The notes below the pieces were generated by a model. It searched no databases. It was given only the letters and a program-made list of their open reading frames with translations, and had not been told where the DNA came from. The translations under genes were made by a program, and so were the position numbers. DNA of 64,000 bases, taken from the NCBI GenBank assembly GCA_963718525.1, contig OY970355.1, positions 1,216,001 through 1,280,000 on the forward strand, read 5' to 3'. Positions 1-9,756 of this stretch are shown here, in pieces (the stretch's first letter is position 1; every line of letters starts with the position of its first letter). This stretch comes from Candidatus Dormiibacterota bacterium. GTDB taxonomy: Bacteria > Chloroflexota > Dormibacteria > Aeolococcales > Aeolococcaceae.

Positions 1-270
1 CGGAGGTGGCGCGAGTGGCGTGCCCCGAGGTGTGATGTGCACCTCCTCGTCCTGACGGCGCAGCTTTTCCTCGTACAGGATGCCGGCGATCAGGAACGTC
101 CCAAGACCGCCCGTCGCCACGCCCATCGCAATCAGGATGATGCCGAGCGCGGTGTTGAGGTAATCGTTGTAGACGTGGCCGCCGAGCAGGTCGAGAATCC
201 CCCCGACAATCAGCGCGAGCGCAACCAGGCCGAAGCCCACCGTCTTGCCGACAATCTCCCGGATTGGCAT
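1..270 (-). CDS. Hypothetical membrane protein (3' end runs off the window)
   Basis: Manual translation from ATG at 270: MPIREIVGKTVGFGLVALALIVGGILDLLGGHVYNDYLNTALGIILIAMGVATGGLGTFLIAGILYEEKLRRQ...; two hydrophobic segments; no stop before base 1, so it is absent from the ORF track. Confidence 0.65.
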   Translation of the reverse strand, partial: MPIREIVGKTVGFGLVALALIVGGILDLLGGHVYNDYLNTALGIILIAMGVATGGLGTFLIAGILYEEKLRRQDEEVHITPRGTPLAPPP

Positions 271-348
271 GCCGGGAGTATACCGGCGTGCTGAGTTCGA
301 TTCGCGGCGGGTGTCGTGCCACCGCTCGAACCTAAGATTGGCGGTCGC

Positions 349-420
349 GCCCGCATCGTCTAGCGGTCAGGACACCACCCTTTCAAGGTGGTAACCGGGG
401 TTCGACTCCCCGTGCGGGTA
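349..420 (+). tRNA. tRNA-Glu(TTC); CCA not encoded
   Basis: Cloverleaf: acceptor GCCCGCA/TGCGGGT, anticodon arm CCACC-CTTTCAA-GGTGG, T arm CGGGG-TTCGACT-CCCCG, discriminator A. Confidence 0.97.
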
Positions 421-437
421 CGCTGATCGCGCCAACG

Positions 438-917
438 TCACTCGAGCTCGGTTGTTTCGGGCATCGAGATGTGGGGGCGGATGGCCGCGAGGAGCTCTCG
501 CGCTCGCGCGAGTGCGTCGACGCCGATCACCGCACCGTGCGCATCCGCCCATGCCCTTTGCTTCGAGGCAATCCTCGCCAGCACCGATGTCCCTCGCGAA
601 GTCAACGCTAGCAACTTGGCACGTCGATGATGGGGATTGGCCTGATACGCCGCCAGACCGTCGTCCACGAGCACGTCCGCGATGCGCTGGACCGGCTGAC
701 GTGCCATGCCGCGCCGGCGGGCGATGTCAGAGACCGTTGCAGGCTCGTCCGCGATTGCTTCGAGGATGACCCATCGCGCCAGGGATTGATCGCCTTCCCG
801 GGCAAGTGCCTCGCCGGCGGCGGTGACGAAATGGCCGAAACCGCCGACCTCCACGACGAACGACGTGAAGGCATCGCCGGCAGGCGTCCGCGCTCCGCGT
901 TCCGGGTGAGTTGACAT
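438..917 (-). CDS. MarR family transcriptional regulator
   Basis: wHTH pattern ATVSDIARRRGMARQPVQRIADVLVDDGL...NPHHRRAKLLALT; divergent from the epoxide hydrolase. Confidence 0.9.
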   Translation of the reverse strand: MSTHPERGARTPAGDAFTSFVVEVGGFGHFVTAAGEALAREGDQSLARWVILEAIADEPATVSDIARRRGMARQPVQRIADVLVDDGLAAYQANPHHRRAKLLALTSRGTSVLARIASKQRAWADAHGAVIGVDALARARELLAAIRPHISMPETTELE

Positions 918-961
918 CACAGTGTCAATCGCCTAGAATTCAGCATGACATCATGATGTCA
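911..961 (+). promoter_or_regulatory. Sigma70-type promoter of the epoxide hydrolase with two palindromic (MarR) operators
   Basis: TTGACA(911-916)-N17-TAGAAT(934-939); palindromes TTGACATCACAGTGTCAA (911-928) and TGACATCATGATGTCA (946-961). Confidence 0.8.
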
Positions 962-1011
962 AACCTGGAGCGAGTTCGCAAGACAACAGGGGTTGTGCAG
1001 GAGGTTTCGCG

Positions 1012-2196
1012 ATGACTGACGAGGCTGTTGCCGGCGCCACCAACCCCGATCCGATCGAGTCGTTCCACATCGACGTGCCGGACTCGGAGCTCGAGGATCT
1101 GCGCTTGCGCCTCGAGCAAACTCGGTGGCCCGACGAGCTTCCCGGAACCGGCTGGGACTACGGTGTGCCGCTCGACTACGTCCGCGAGCTTGTCGACTAC
1201 TGGCGCAGCGGCTACGACTGGCGTGCCCAGGAGGCCGGCCTCAATGCCTTCGAGCAGGGGCGCACGAGCATCGACGGCCAGCAGTTGCACTTCCTGCACG
1301 TCCGCTCGCCCGAGACCAATGCGCTCCCGCTGCTCATGATCCATGGATGGCCCGGTTCCATCGCCGAGTTCCTCGAAGTCATCGGCCCGCTCACCGACCC
1401 CGTGGCGCACGGCGGCAACCCGTCCGACGCCTTTCACCTCGTGGTGCCCTCGCTGCCGGGGTTCGGCTTCTCCGGTCCCACAATGGACCGCGGGTGGAAC
1501 AGCGGCCGCACCGCCGCCGCCTTCGCCGAGCTGATGCGCCGCCTCGGGTACGACCGCTACGGGGCGCAGGGTGGCGATCTCGGCGCGCTCGTCGCGCCCG
1601 AGCTCGGTCATGTCGACGCCGATCATGTGGTCGGAATCCACGTCAATGCCGCGACCGTCGGTTTCATTCCCTTCGGCGACCTCGATGCGAGCGAACTCGC
1701 GACGCTGACGGAGGTCGAACGGGAACGTGTCGAGCAGATCAAGCAATTTCTCTCGCCGGCCGGGAGCGCGTACTTTCAGGTTCAGGGGACCAGGCCACAG
1801 GTGATCGGCTTCGCGCTCACGGACTCGCCAGTCGGGCAGCTGACCTGGGCGCTCGACCGGATGGCCGCATGGACACAGGGACCGATCGCTGAGGCGCTGA
1901 CGCGCGACCAGATTCTCACCAACGTGATGGTGTACTGGACGACGAGAACAGCGACGTCTGCGGCGCGCATGTACTACGAGAACATGCACGCACCCATGTC
2001 GTGGGGGCGCGCGCCGTCACCGACACCGGTCGGCGTCGCGGCATTCGCCGAAGATGTCTCGATCCGGCGATACGCGGAGCGTGGCCACAACATCACGCAC
2101 TGGAGTGACTTCGAGCGCGGCGGGCATTTCGCCGCGATGGAGGCACCGGATCTGCTCATCGGCGACGTCCGTGAGTTCTTTCGTGGGCTGCGGTGA
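1012..2196 (+). CDS. Epoxide hydrolase (microsomal/EHN type, alpha/beta hydrolase)
   Basis: EHN N-terminus (FHIDVPDSELEDLRLRL..TRWPD), HGWPGS, nucleophile QGGDLG, catalytic His GGHFAAME; RBS AGGAGG. Confidence 0.95.
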   Translation: MTDEAVAGATNPDPIESFHIDVPDSELEDLRLRLEQTRWPDELPGTGWDYGVPLDYVRELVDYWRSGYDWRAQEAGLNAFEQGRTSIDGQQLHFLHVRSPETNALPLLMIHGWPGSIAEFLEVIGPLTDPVAHGGNPSDAFHLVVPSLPGFGFSGPTMDRGWNSGRTAAAFAELMRRLGYDRYGAQGGDLGALVAPELGHVDADHVVGIHVNAATVGFIPFGDLDASELATLTEVERERVEQIKQFLSPAGSAYFQVQGTRPQVIGFALTDSPVGQLTWALDRMAAWTQGPIAEALTRDQILTNVMVYWTTRTATSAARMYYENMHAPMSWGRAPSPTPVGVAAFAEDVSIRRYAERGHNITHWSDFERGGHFAAMEAPDLLIGDVREFFRGLR

Positions 2197-2217
2197 GCGG
2201 CCACGGCTCGGATGCCG

Positions 2218-3744
2218 CTAGCTGCCGGCGGCGTCGGTGCCAGTCCGCAGCGGCGGCCCATCGACCGCGCAGTGGAAGGGTTCCTCCACCGATCGCCGCT
2301 TCGCTCCCGGGCGCTGGGCGTTCCGGATGGTGGCGGCGGCGAGCAGGCCGCCCGCCGCGCAGATCACCGACGCGATGAACGCCGCGTGCTGAAAGCCGGT
2401 CTCGAACACCGCAGGGTGGAGGTAGCTGTCGCCGGTGATGCCGGCGACAGCAGGGAGCAGCGCGACCGCGAGCAGGCTGCCCGTGCGGGCCACGGTGTTG
2501 TTGACCGCGGACGCGAGACCGCTTCGTTCCGCTGGCGCGGAGGACATCGCGGTTGCGGTGAGCGGCGCGACCGTGATCGCGAGCCCGAGACCGAACACCA
2601 GCACGGCCGGCAGCACCTCCACGAGGTAGTTGCCACCGGCGTTGATCCGTGCAAAGAGGGCGAGCCCCGCGGCGACGACGAGCGGTCCGGCCGACATCTG
2701 CAGGCGCGGTCCGATCCGTGCGGAGAGTGCGCCCGACCGCGATGAGAGCGCGAACATCATGAACGTGATCGGCAGCAGTGACGCGCCTGCGGCGGTGGGC
2801 CCGTAGTGCGATACCTGCTGGAGTTCGATGGGCAACAGGAAGAACATTCCCCCGAGCATCCCGTAGATCAGCAGCGTGACCGCGTTGGTGGCGCTGAACT
2901 GGCGGGACTTGAAGATGTCAAGCGGAACAATCGGCGCGCGCACGCGCAACTCGACGACCACGAACGCGACGGCGGCGACGGCTCCGATGAGGAGAGCACC
3001 GAGAACAACGTTGGACCCCCAGTTGCCGCTTGACCCCTGGATGAGCCCGTACGAGATGCCGACGAGCGCCAGCACGGTGAGCACGCTCCCGGCGAAGTCG
3101 ATGTCGCCGGTGGCGTTCGGATCCCGCGACTCTGGGACATGGCGCATCGCGATGAAGATCACGGCGACGGCTATCGGCAGGTTGATCAGGAAGATCAGGC
3201 GCCACGACACCGCGGTGATCAAAAACCCGCCGACGAACGGTCCCAGTGCGGTGGCAACACCGCCGAGCCCGGACCAGGCGCCGATGGCGCGGCCGCGGTC
3301 CTCCTTCACAAACGACGCCTCGAGGATGGCGAGGCTTCCCGGCGTGAGCAGCGCGCCGCCGATACCCTGCAGGCCTCGTGCCGCGATCAGCAGGCCGATG
3401 TTGGGTGCGATCGCGCAGATCAGCGAAGCGATCGCGAACCACGTCACCCCGATGACGAAGATGCGCCTGCGCCCGTAGCGATCGGTCAGCGCGCCGGCGA
3501 GCAGGATGAGGCCGGCGACCGTGAGCAGGTATCCGGCAGACACCCACTGCAAGCCGGAGATCTGAGCGTGGAATTCCTTGCCGATCGCCGGCTGCGCGAT
3601 GCCGACGACGGTGGCGTCGAGCTGCGCCATCGCGCTGCCGAGCACCGTCGCGGTGAGCACCCACCGCCCGCGGGCCGTGGCCAGATGGAGGCCGTCGGAG
3701 ACTGGTGCGGTCCCGGCTCCCGGTGAGGGTCCCGCTTTAGTCAC
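2218..3744 (-). CDS. MFS transporter, DHA2 (EmrB/QacA) family
   Basis: LDATVV, motif A GALTDRYGRRR, ARGLQGIGGALLTPGSLAIL, WRLIFLINLP; start placed at GTG 3744 overlapping the upstream stop. Confidence 0.9.
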   Translation of the reverse strand: MTKAGPSPGAGTAPVSDGLHLATARGRWVLTATVLGSAMAQLDATVVGIAQPAIGKEFHAQISGLQWVSAGYLLTVAGLILLAGALTDRYGRRRIFVIGVTWFAIASLICAIAPNIGLLIAARGLQGIGGALLTPGSLAILEASFVKEDRGRAIGAWSGLGGVATALGPFVGGFLITAVSWRLIFLINLPIAVAVIFIAMRHVPESRDPNATGDIDFAGSVLTVLALVGISYGLIQGSSGNWGSNVVLGALLIGAVAAVAFVVVELRVRAPIVPLDIFKSRQFSATNAVTLLIYGMLGGMFFLLPIELQQVSHYGPTAAGASLLPITFMMFALSSRSGALSARIGPRLQMSAGPLVVAAGLALFARINAGGNYLVEVLPAVLVFGLGLAITVAPLTATAMSSAPAERSGLASAVNNTVARTGSLLAVALLPAVAGITGDSYLHPAVFETGFQHAAFIASVICAAGGLLAAATIRNAQRPGAKRRSVEEPFHCAVDGPPLRTGTDAAGS

Positions 3745-4393
3745 CCCATTCGACGTCGCCGAAGAAGCCCGCGGGTTTAGGGTGACGCTGATACGCGGCG
3801 ACACCGCTCCGACTGGCGGCGATCGTGGTGGTCGTCCCGTGGCCCGGGAGCACGACCGTTTCCGCCGGCAATGGCAGCAACTTGGAAGTGATGCTCGCCA
3901 TGATGGTTTCGAGGTCGCCGCGCGCGCTGGTCTTGCCCGGGCCACCGGCAAAGAGCGTGTCGCCGGAGATCACGGCCCTGCCGATGCGCAGCGAGATGCT
4001 GCCCGGCGTGTGCCCCGGAGTGTGGATTACGGCGATCCGAACGTTGCCGACGGGAACCTCTGCGCCGTCGTCGAGGCGACCGTCGATGCGCTCCTCTGGA
4101 ATCCTGATCTCGCTGCTCCCGACCAGGACCGGCGCCCCCGTTGCGGCGCGGACGGCGTCGTACGTCATCCAGTGATCTGGGTGCCAGTGGGTGGCGATGA
4201 CTGTCTGCACGCCGCCCTCGGCGGCAACGGCTTCGAGCAACGGCCCCTCATCCAGGGGCATGTCGACGAGCGCCGCCGCCCCGGCGCTGACGTCGCGCAC
4301 CACGTACGCGTTGTTCCCGTACGGGCCCATCGGCCCGATCTTGACGATGCGGATATCACCGTCCTCGAAGGTGGTGATCTCAGCGCCGGCCAC
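3737..4393 (-). CDS. MBL-fold metallo-hydrolase (glyoxalase II-like)
   Basis: THWHPDH, HTPGHTPGS, SGDTLF, LPGHG motifs. Confidence 0.92.
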   Translation of the reverse strand: MAGAEITTFEDGDIRIVKIGPMGPYGNNAYVVRDVSAGAAALVDMPLDEGPLLEAVAAEGGVQTVIATHWHPDHWMTYDAVRAATGAPVLVGSSEIRIPEERIDGRLDDGAEVPVGNVRIAVIHTPGHTPGSISLRIGRAVISGDTLFAGGPGKTSARGDLETIMASITSKLLPLPAETVVLPGHGTTTTIAASRSGVAAYQRHPKPAGFFGDVEWGD

Positions 4394-5030
4394 TCGCCAC
4401 CGTCTTCGCGGGCCGCTTCTTCGCTGCGGGCGATGGCTTGGCGTCGCCTTGCACCGCCGCCTCGGCTCGCAACTTCGCCTTGAAAGCGCGCTTCTGCGCC
4501 TGGTAGTGCTCGCGCTCCGCCACCGTCCGCACGTCTGCGAGGGTCGGCCAATCGGGAGCGACCTTCTCCCATCCCTCGAGCCGCACGCCGAGGTGCTTGG
4601 CGACGACGCCGACCATCACCCGCGCTTTGGCGGTGCCGAATCCGGGCAGCGCCGCGAACCGCCGCAGCAGATCCTTCGCGTCCTTGGCTTCAGTCCAGAT
4701 CCTGGTTGGATCTCCACCGTAGTCCGTGGCGATGATCTGGCAGAGCGTGTACACGCGTCGCGCCATGCTGACGGGAAAGCGATGCAGCGCCGGCGGGGTC
4801 TGGAACGCCTGCTCGACCTTGGAGGGGTCCATGCGCGCGACCTCGGCCGGGTCGATGGTGCCGAGTCGCTCCCGCATGCGCAGTGGACCCTGGAACGCCC
4901 ACTCGATCGGCACCTGCTGATCGAGGCAGAACCCAATAAGGAGCGCGGTGGGATCCTCACTGACAAGTCGATCCGCCGCGGGGTCGCCGGTCCACGCGAG
5001 TCGAAGGGTGGTCGCTGCCGTCTTGGCCAC
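4380..5030 (-). CDS. HhH-GPD-type base excision DNA repair family protein
   Basis: ALLIGFCLDQQVPIEWAFQGP, PALHRFP, ALPGFGTAKAR match the Rv1156-like HhH-GPD family; GTG start inferred. Confidence 0.85.
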   Translation of the reverse strand: MAKTAATTLRLAWTGDPAADRLVSEDPTALLIGFCLDQQVPIEWAFQGPLRMRERLGTIDPAEVARMDPSKVEQAFQTPPALHRFPVSMARRVYTLCQIIATDYGGDPTRIWTEAKDAKDLLRRFAALPGFGTAKARVMVGVVAKHLGVRLEGWEKVAPDWPTLADVRTVAEREHYQAQKRAFKAKLRAEAAVQGDAKPSPAAKKRPAKTVASGRR

Positions 5031-5097
5031 GGCGTGTACGGTAGCGCGCCGCGGTTCGGAACTGAGGGACAAGCGCGCGACTGCGTACACTCGGCGC

Positions 5098-5391
5098 ATG
5101 TCGTGGCTCGGGCGTCTTTTGGGGTCGAAGCCACCGGCTGCGCCGCTGAACAGCGTCGTCGTCGCGAGCGATCTCGTCCAGCCCCTGACCGCAGGTGGCG
5201 CCGGCCTCTCCACCGCGGTGGACACGGCGCTCCGAGCCTATCTGGAGGCGCAGGCCAAGGCGCTCGCCGCCGGCGAGCCTGAGCGCATTCCATTCTGGCT
5301 GCGGCGCGACGTGGATCAGGCCGGTGACCTCGAGGACGAGCTTCGCGATCGTGTCATCCAGCGGCGCGCGGCAGAGGACGAGGCACCCTGA
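5098..5391 (+). CDS. Hypothetical protein (97 aa)
   Basis: ATG 5098, divergent from the HhH-GPD gene, in tandem with the downstream dehydrogenase; no recognised family. Confidence 0.6.
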   Translation: MSWLGRLLGSKPPAAPLNSVVVASDLVQPLTAGGAGLSTAVDTALRAYLEAQAKALAAGEPERIPFWLRRDVDQAGDLEDELRDRVIQRRAAEDEAP

Positions 5392-5416
5392 CCCGCGCTC
5401 GCCGGGGAGGCTGAGG

Positions 5417-6460
5417 GTGCGAGCGCTCGTGTTCACGGACTTCGGCGCCATCGAGATTGCAGACGTGCCGAAACCGGGCCTCGAGGAGCCCGGTGATGCG
5501 TTGGTCCGTGTCACCAGAACCGCAATCTGCGGCAGCGACCTGCACGTGCTGCATGGACGGATTCCCGGAATGACCGCGGGCGGCGTTCTCGGGCATGAGT
5601 TCGTCGGTGTCGTCGAGGCCGTGGACGGCCTCGTGACCCGTGTCAGGGAGGGCGATCGAGTTGTCGGCTCGTTCACGATTCCCTGCGGCAGTTGCTGGTA
5701 CTGCGCGCGGCGGTTGTTCAGCCGGTGCCCGGATCAGCGCGTCTTCGGATACGGCTCGTTCTTCGGCGACGTCGCCGGCGCCCAGGCGGACTACGTTCGG
5801 GTGCCGAATGCCGACCTCGTCCTGCACGGCATTGACAACTCGATGAGCGACGAGCAGGCGCTGTTCGTCGGTGACATCTTCACCACCGGGTACGACTGCG
5901 CGAGTGAAGCGCGAATCGAACCGGGAGACGTCGTCACAGTGGTCGGATGCGGACCCGTCGGCCTCATGGCGATCCTCGGGTCACGTCGCTTCGAGCCCTC
6001 GACGATCTATGCCGTCGACACGGTGTCGCATCGCCTGGAAATGGCACAGACCCTCGGCGCGGTGCCCGTCGACGCGAACGACGTCCACGTCCCGAGCTTC
6101 GTCCAGGATCGCACCGGGGGCCGCGGCGCCGACGCCGTCCTGGAGTGTGTCGGGCTCGTTCCCGCGCTGCTCGACTGCCTCGACATCGCGCGAGCCGGCG
6201 GACGGATCAGCGTGATCGGTGTGCACAGCGACCAGGAGCTAGCGCTGCCACTCAACATCACATTCATCAAAGCCATCGACCTGAAGTTCTGCGGCACCGC
6301 CAACATCATCGGCAGATGGGACGACGCCATGGCGATGGTGACGAGCGGCGTCGCGCACCCTGACGCAATCATCTCGCACCGGCTGCGACTGGAGGACGCG
6401 GTGCTGGGCTACGAGTTGTTCGAGCGGCGCGAGGCGCTGAAGGTCGTGCTCACCCCGTAG
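5417..6460 (+). CDS. Zinc-dependent alcohol dehydrogenase (MDR family, FDH-like)
   Basis: ICGSDLH, GHEFVG, structural Zn CGSCWYC...C, Rossmann VVGCGPVG. Confidence 0.92.
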   Translation: MRALVFTDFGAIEIADVPKPGLEEPGDALVRVTRTAICGSDLHVLHGRIPGMTAGGVLGHEFVGVVEAVDGLVTRVREGDRVVGSFTIPCGSCWYCARRLFSRCPDQRVFGYGSFFGDVAGAQADYVRVPNADLVLHGIDNSMSDEQALFVGDIFTTGYDCASEARIEPGDVVTVVGCGPVGLMAILGSRRFEPSTIYAVDTVSHRLEMAQTLGAVPVDANDVHVPSFVQDRTGGRGADAVLECVGLVPALLDCLDIARAGGRISVIGVHSDQELALPLNITFIKAIDLKFCGTANIIGRWDDAMAMVTSGVAHPDAIISHRLRLEDAVLGYELFERREALKVVLTP

Positions 6461-6480
6461 GGACGGCGTTTCGCGCTTTG

Positions 6481-6542
6481 TGGTGCCATTCTGGCCCAGG
6501 ATGGCTTGACATGGCATCAACTGTGGTGTCATAGTGGCGTCA
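6481..6542 (+). promoter_or_regulatory. Promoter with four TGGYRYCA boxes upstream of the HicB-like gene
   Basis: TTGACA(6506)-N18-CATAGT(6530); boxes TGGTGCCA 6481, TGGCATCA 6512, TGGTGTCA 6524, TGGCGTCA 6535; ATG 6 nt after the -10 (leaderless-like). Confidence 0.65.
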
Positions 6543-7072
6543 TGGATCTACGCCCCTTCGTCGACAGCATTCATCAACAGCTCGCCGATGCGGCCGACGC
6601 CGGCGGAGACGAGGCACGCGCCCTCGCCGAACGCCTTGCGGCGCCGCTCGACGCTGCCATCCGTCTGGCACTACAGGACGCGCTGGCAGCGGCAGCGGCC
6701 GAGATCACCTCCGAGCTCGCACCCGGATCCGTCGAACTCCGTCTCCGGGGACGCAATCCGGAATTCGTCGTCACGCCGCCGCCGGCGGAATCGGCTGCCG
6801 GCGACTTCGCCGGCACGCGCTATGACGGCGCGACATCTCCGGGACCGTTCGGCTCCGAGGACGTCGAGGACGGTGGGATGTCGCGCATCAATCTGCGCAT
6901 GCCCGAGCACCTCAAAGCACGGGTCGAGCGGGCCGCAAGCAGCGAGGGAGTCTCGGTGAACAGCTGGCTGGTTCGAGCCGCAGGTTCGGCGCTTGATCGA
7001 GTCGAATCGGGTCGCCGCCGCGATGGGCGCGCCGCCCCGGGACCAGGACGCTTCACGGGCTGGGTTCGCTAG
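6542..7072 (+). CDS. HicB-like / ribbon-helix-helix regulator
   Basis: MDLRPFVD N-terminus, SVELRLRGRNPEFVV, RHH-like SRINLRMPEHLKARVERAASSEGVSVNSWLVR, C-terminal FTGWVR. Confidence 0.85.
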   Translation: MDLRPFVDSIHQQLADAADAGGDEARALAERLAAPLDAAIRLALQDALAAAAAEITSELAPGSVELRLRGRNPEFVVTPPPAESAAGDFAGTRYDGATSPGPFGSEDVEDGGMSRINLRMPEHLKARVERAASSEGVSVNSWLVRAAGSALDRVESGRRRDGRAAPGPGRFTGWVR

Positions 7073-7098
7073 CCCGTCCATATCAGAGGAGAGACTTC

Positions 7099-7977
7099 AT
7101 GCCCACTTTTGCAACCCCCGCCCCGATCATCGTCACCCTCGACATCGGCGTCGGCGACATCCGGATCACCGCGAGTAATCGGGCCGAGACCACAGTCGAG
7201 GTCCGACCAACCAACCCCGCGAAGCAGGCCGATGTGGCCGCTGCCGGGCAGACCCGAGTCGAGTTCTCCGACGGGCACCTCCAGATCAGGGGACCGAAGG
7301 GCTGGCGGCGCTACTCGCCGATCGGGCCCAAGGAATCGATCGATGTGCAGATCGAGCTTCCCGAGGGCTCGCAGCTTCGCGGGGAGGCCGGTATTGCCGC
7401 GTTGCACGGCGCCGGCACGCTCGGCGAATGCAAGTACACAACGGGCGTCGGCGACATTCAGCTCGATCGGACGGGTCCTGCACACCTCAGCACCGGGGTC
7501 GGCGACGTCTCGCTCGATCGCGCAAGTGGCCGCGCCCAGATCAGCTCCGGATCCGGCACCGTTCGAATCGGCACCGTGGACGGGACCGCGGACGTCAAAG
7601 GCGCCAATGGCGACACCTGGATCGGCGACGTCTCGCAAGACCTCAGGATCGTCTCCGCCAATGGGTCGATCTCCGTCGGCCATGCGCACGCAACCGTCGT
7701 CGCCAAGACCGCGAATGGGGACATTCGCATCGGCGACGTCGAGAGCGGGACAGTCGTCGCCAACACCGCGCTTGGCAAGGTCGAGATCGGGATTGGGCCC
7801 GGCGTCGCCGCATGGCTGGATCTCGACACGCATTTCGGCAAGGTGCACAACGAACTCGACGCGGCGGGGCCACCAAAGCCAGGCGAGCGAGCCGTCGACG
7901 TCCGCGCCCGCACGTCCTTCGGCGACATCACCGTGCACCGCGCCGTGACGGTCGGGACTGAGGCGGGCGTGGGATGA
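7099..7977 (+). CDS. DUF4097 family beta-strand repeat protein
   Basis: MPTFATPAPI start; repeated T/S-x-x-GDI/V beta repeats; ends RARTSFGDITVHR. Confidence 0.88.
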   Translation: MPTFATPAPIIVTLDIGVGDIRITASNRAETTVEVRPTNPAKQADVAAAGQTRVEFSDGHLQIRGPKGWRRYSPIGPKESIDVQIELPEGSQLRGEAGIAALHGAGTLGECKYTTGVGDIQLDRTGPAHLSTGVGDVSLDRASGRAQISSGSGTVRIGTVDGTADVKGANGDTWIGDVSQDLRIVSANGSISVGHAHATVVAKTANGDIRIGDVESGTVVANTALGKVEIGIGPGVAAWLDLDTHFGKVHNELDAAGPPKPGERAVDVRARTSFGDITVHRAVTVGTEAGVG

Positions 7978-8933
7978 ACGCCATCAACCGTGCACCGGCG
8001 GTCCAGGTCGCCGGACTGCGCAAGGCATTCGGGAGCAAGGTGGTCCTTGAAGGCATCGACCTCGAGATCGCCGAAGGGTCGGTGTTCGCGCTGCTCGGCC
8101 CGAACGGCGCCGGCAAGACCACCACCGTCCAGATCCTCTCGACACTCATCCGCGCCGACGCCGGCGTGATGCGCGTCGGAGGCTTCGATGTCAGCGCTGA
8201 TCCCGACAAGGTTCGGCGGGCAATCGGCGTCACCGGGCAGTTCTCTGCCGTGGATTACATGCTGAGCGGCAGGGAAAACCTGCTGCTCATGGCGAACCTG
8301 AATCACCTGGACCGGCAGAGCGGGCGCCGGCAAGTCGACGAGTTGCTCGACCGGTTCGACCTGGTCGAGGCAGCCGGACAGATGGCGCTCAAGTACTCCG
8401 GAGGCATGCGGCGCCGCCTTGATCTCGCCATGACCCTGCTCGGCGATCCGCGGATCATCTTTCTCGACGAGCCGACGACCGGCCTCGATCCGCGGAGCCG
8501 CCACACGATGTGGCAGATCACGCGTGAGCTCGTGGCCGGGGGTGTCACCATCCTGCTCACCACCCAGAACCTGGAGGAGGCGGACCAGCTCGCCGACCGC
8601 ATCGCCGTCCTCGACAAGGGTCATCTGGTTGCCGAAGGCACGCCCGACGAGCTCAAGCAGCGCATCCCGGGTGGCCGGGTGCTGCTGCACTTTCGTGATG
8701 CCGGCGCGCGGACCAGCGCCGCGGCGCTGCTGGGACATGCATCGGTCGCCGACGAAGCGCTCGTCCTCGAGATTCCGACGGACGGCACGCCGGAGTCGCT
8801 CCGAGCCCTCCTTGATCGGCTTGACGGGGCCGCGTTGGAAGTCGAGCGAGTGAGCGTGCAGACACCGGACCTCGACGACGTGTTCTTCGCGCTCACGGGC
8901 GCACCCCATCAATCAGCAGAGGCAACGAGATGA
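7974..8933 (+). CDS. ABC exporter ATP-binding protein (DrrA-like)
   Basis: Walker A GPNGAGKT, YSGGMRRRLDLA, FLDEPTTGLDP; the H-loop reads LTTQNL. Confidence 0.93.
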   Translation: MNAINRAPAVQVAGLRKAFGSKVVLEGIDLEIAEGSVFALLGPNGAGKTTTVQILSTLIRADAGVMRVGGFDVSADPDKVRRAIGVTGQFSAVDYMLSGRENLLLMANLNHLDRQSGRRQVDELLDRFDLVEAAGQMALKYSGGMRRRLDLAMTLLGDPRIIFLDEPTTGLDPRSRHTMWQITRELVAGGVTILLTTQNLEEADQLADRIAVLDKGHLVAEGTPDELKQRIPGGRVLLHFRDAGARTSAAALLGHASVADEALVLEIPTDGTPESLRALLDRLDGAALEVERVSVQTPDLDDVFFALTGAPHQSAEATR

Positions 8934-9721
8934 GCACTCCGGCATATGCGCTGCGCGATTCGACAACCATGCTGCGACGCGACCTGCGTCACGCCGTGCG
9001 GTATCCGCTCCTGTCGGTCAGCGGTTTGCTGGTGCCGGTGTTTCTCCTGCTGCTGTTCGTGGGGGTTTTTGGCAACACGCTGCTGGCAGGGCTCGGCGCG
9101 GCTGCACCTGCCGGAGGCCACTACATCGACTTTCTCGCTCCCGGCATCCTCGTCATGACCGTAGGCGCCAGTGCAGCGGCGACCGCGATCAACGTCTGCA
9201 TCGACATGAACGAGGGAATCGTCGCCCGCTTTCGCACCATGGCCATCAGCCGGACCTCGGTTCTGACCGGCCAGGTGCTCGGAAGCCTGATCAGAACCAT
9301 GATCAGCGGCGTCCTCGTCGTCGCCGTTGCGATCGGCCTCGGTTTCCGGCCGACCGCCGCACCGCTCGAGTGGGTTGGTGCCGCCGCCCTGTTCTCACTC
9401 CTGATCCTCGCGCTCACCTGGCTGGCCATCGCCATCGGCCTACAGGCAAAGACGCCTGCCGGCGCGAACAGCCTGTCCCTGATCCCGCAGTTCCTCCCGT
9501 TCATCAGCAGCGCGTTCGTGCCGACGGCCTCGATGCCCGCGGGAGTGCGGTGGTTCGCCGAGAATCAGCCGTTCACCCCCATCATCAATGCGATTCGAGG
9601 GCTGCTCACCGGCACGCCGATCGGCAACGCCGCTGTCATTGCGGTGGCGTGGTGCGTGGGACTGATGCTCGTCGGCTACGTGGTGTCGCGTGCCCGGTAC
9701 GACCGCTATGTGACGCGGTAG
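8930..9721 (+). CDS. ABC-2 type permease (DrrB-like)
   Basis: Six hydrophobic segments, DMNEGIVARFRTMAISR, FAENQPFTP; ATGA-coupled to the ATPase. Confidence 0.92.
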   Translation: MSTPAYALRDSTTMLRRDLRHAVRYPLLSVSGLLVPVFLLLLFVGVFGNTLLAGLGAAAPAGGHYIDFLAPGILVMTVGASAAATAINVCIDMNEGIVARFRTMAISRTSVLTGQVLGSLIRTMISGVLVVAVAIGLGFRPTAAPLEWVGAAALFSLLILALTWLAIAIGLQAKTPAGANSLSLIPQFLPFISSAFVPTASMPAGVRWFAENQPFTPIINAIRGLLTGTPIGNAAVIAVAWCVGLMLVGYVVSRARYDRYVTR

Positions 9722-9756
9722 CCTGCACCCAATTTCGATATGCAAGGAGAGTGGAC

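Noticed and set aside
349-420. G1-U72 pair and missing CCA in tRNA-Glu as anomalies
   Set aside because: Both are common in bacterial tRNA-Glu genes.
6492-6504. TGGCCCAGGATGG as an att duplicate of the tRNA-Tyr 3' end (TGGTCCCAGGGGATGG)
   Set aside because: It needs gaps, is short, and no integrase is present; indistinguishable from chance.
6542-7072. HicAB toxin-antitoxin system
   Set aside because: No HicA toxin is adjacent.
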